Assembly (NCBI GenBank): GCA_951406725.2
Contig: OX597817.1
Location: 78,864,001-78,928,000 of the forward strand
DNA from: Octopus vulgaris
Lineage: Eukaryota
Reading direction: 5' to 3'
Length of the DNA stretch: 64,000 nt
Shown here: in pieces, positions 63,237 through 64,000 of the stretch
Layout of the letters: every line of letters begins with the position of its first letter
Numbering within the stretch: position 1 is the stretch's first letter
Translations under genes and position numbers: made by a program
Notes under the pieces: model-generated
Database searches by the model: none
Told to the model about the DNA's origin: nothing
What the model saw: only the letters and a program-made list of their open reading frames with translations

Positions 63237-63779
63237 CATTAAAAAAACAAAAAAGAAAAAACAAACCCAAAATGTCTGTTGCAATGCAGTAGTGTTCAGT
63301 TCCTCTGTGGTGTTATTTCATGTTCCTCAAGTTCACTCAGCTGTAGAAATGAGTTACAATGTCACTGGTGCCAAGCTGTATCAGCCTTAGCCTTTCTCTT
63401 GGATAACATCGATAGCATGAAGAAGAGAGGCTGGCATGCATGGGTGACTGCTGGCCTTCCACAAAAACAACCTTTCCTGGGCTTCCCGGTGATGTGATAC
63501 TATGCAGTAATCCCTTGACTATTGCGGGTGATGCGTTCCAAAACACCTCTATTCTGCCTCTTGCTTTTCTTTTACCTCATCTTTCAAGCGGCAACAACCA
63601 AGAAACGCCACACCAGGAATCACAGTCCACTATCAGCTTTGGTAAATCCTCAGTTTCAAGCTGTATAGCTTTGCCAATGACATCAATGTACAGGAGGGTG
63701 TTGAAAAATTCCTGGCTTTAAGGGTACCCAGGCATTCTTGATCCATTGTCTCTCTCTCCCCACCACTGATCACCCTCGA

Positions 63780-64000
63780 TGCATTTCAACAACACTTTTC
63801 CTACACTAACCACTTATTTCCAATCCTCCTTCCCCACAACTTCAACCCTCTGGAATCTCCTTTCTTTTCATGTCTTTCCAATGATTGTTGAATAATTCAC
63901 TTAACGACCACTGTTGCTTGGAGCTAGTTGGTTTTGTATCTCTAACCACTATTTCTTATCCTTCTTCCCCACAACATCAACCCTCTGGAATCTCTTCTCT
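63780..64000 (+). mobile_element. LINE (Jockey/L2-like) 3' remnant, duplicated
   Basis: SFPTTSTLWNLLSFHVFP (cf. SFFPxTxxLWNSLPxxVFP); CTTCCCCACAAC.TCAACCCTCTGGAATCTC at about 63829 and 63965. Confidence 0.5.

Overview
Very AT-rich eukaryotic DNA, almost entirely microsatellites and decayed transposable elements. The repeat landscape (tRNA-headed SINEs, (GAT)n-tailed RTE ends, R4/Dong-type LINEs, Neptune-type Penelope elements, very long (TA)n) looks like an octopus or other coleoid cephalopod genome; that is inferred from pattern recognition, not a search. No host protein-coding gene can be supported. Nearly all ORF-track entries are microsatellite read-throughs or TE remnants, so the window is probably intronic or intergenic, with only a few weak exon candidates. 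Recognisable elements: three mariner remnants, an internally deleted DD41D transposon with both TIRs, three MITE types, Helitron-like fragments, seven RLE-type (R4/Dong) LINE fragments, RTE and CR1 LINE fragments, Penelope-like elements of two clades, and three SINE families (here called A, B and C). Main points of interest: (1) five minimal type-I hammerhead ribozyme motifs in three sequence families, four with non-canonical cores (CUGUYGA x3, GUGAACA x1); (2) R4/Dong-like LINEs stacked in (TAA)n tracts while Penelope pieces sit in (TA)n, suggesting TE families partition microsatellite niches, with one SINE family carrying its own internal (TA)n/(TG)n landing pad; (3) fold-back SINE pairs and inverted triplet-repeat blocks that could form long dsRNA. 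Boundaries of decayed repeats are approximate (about +/-20-50 bp).
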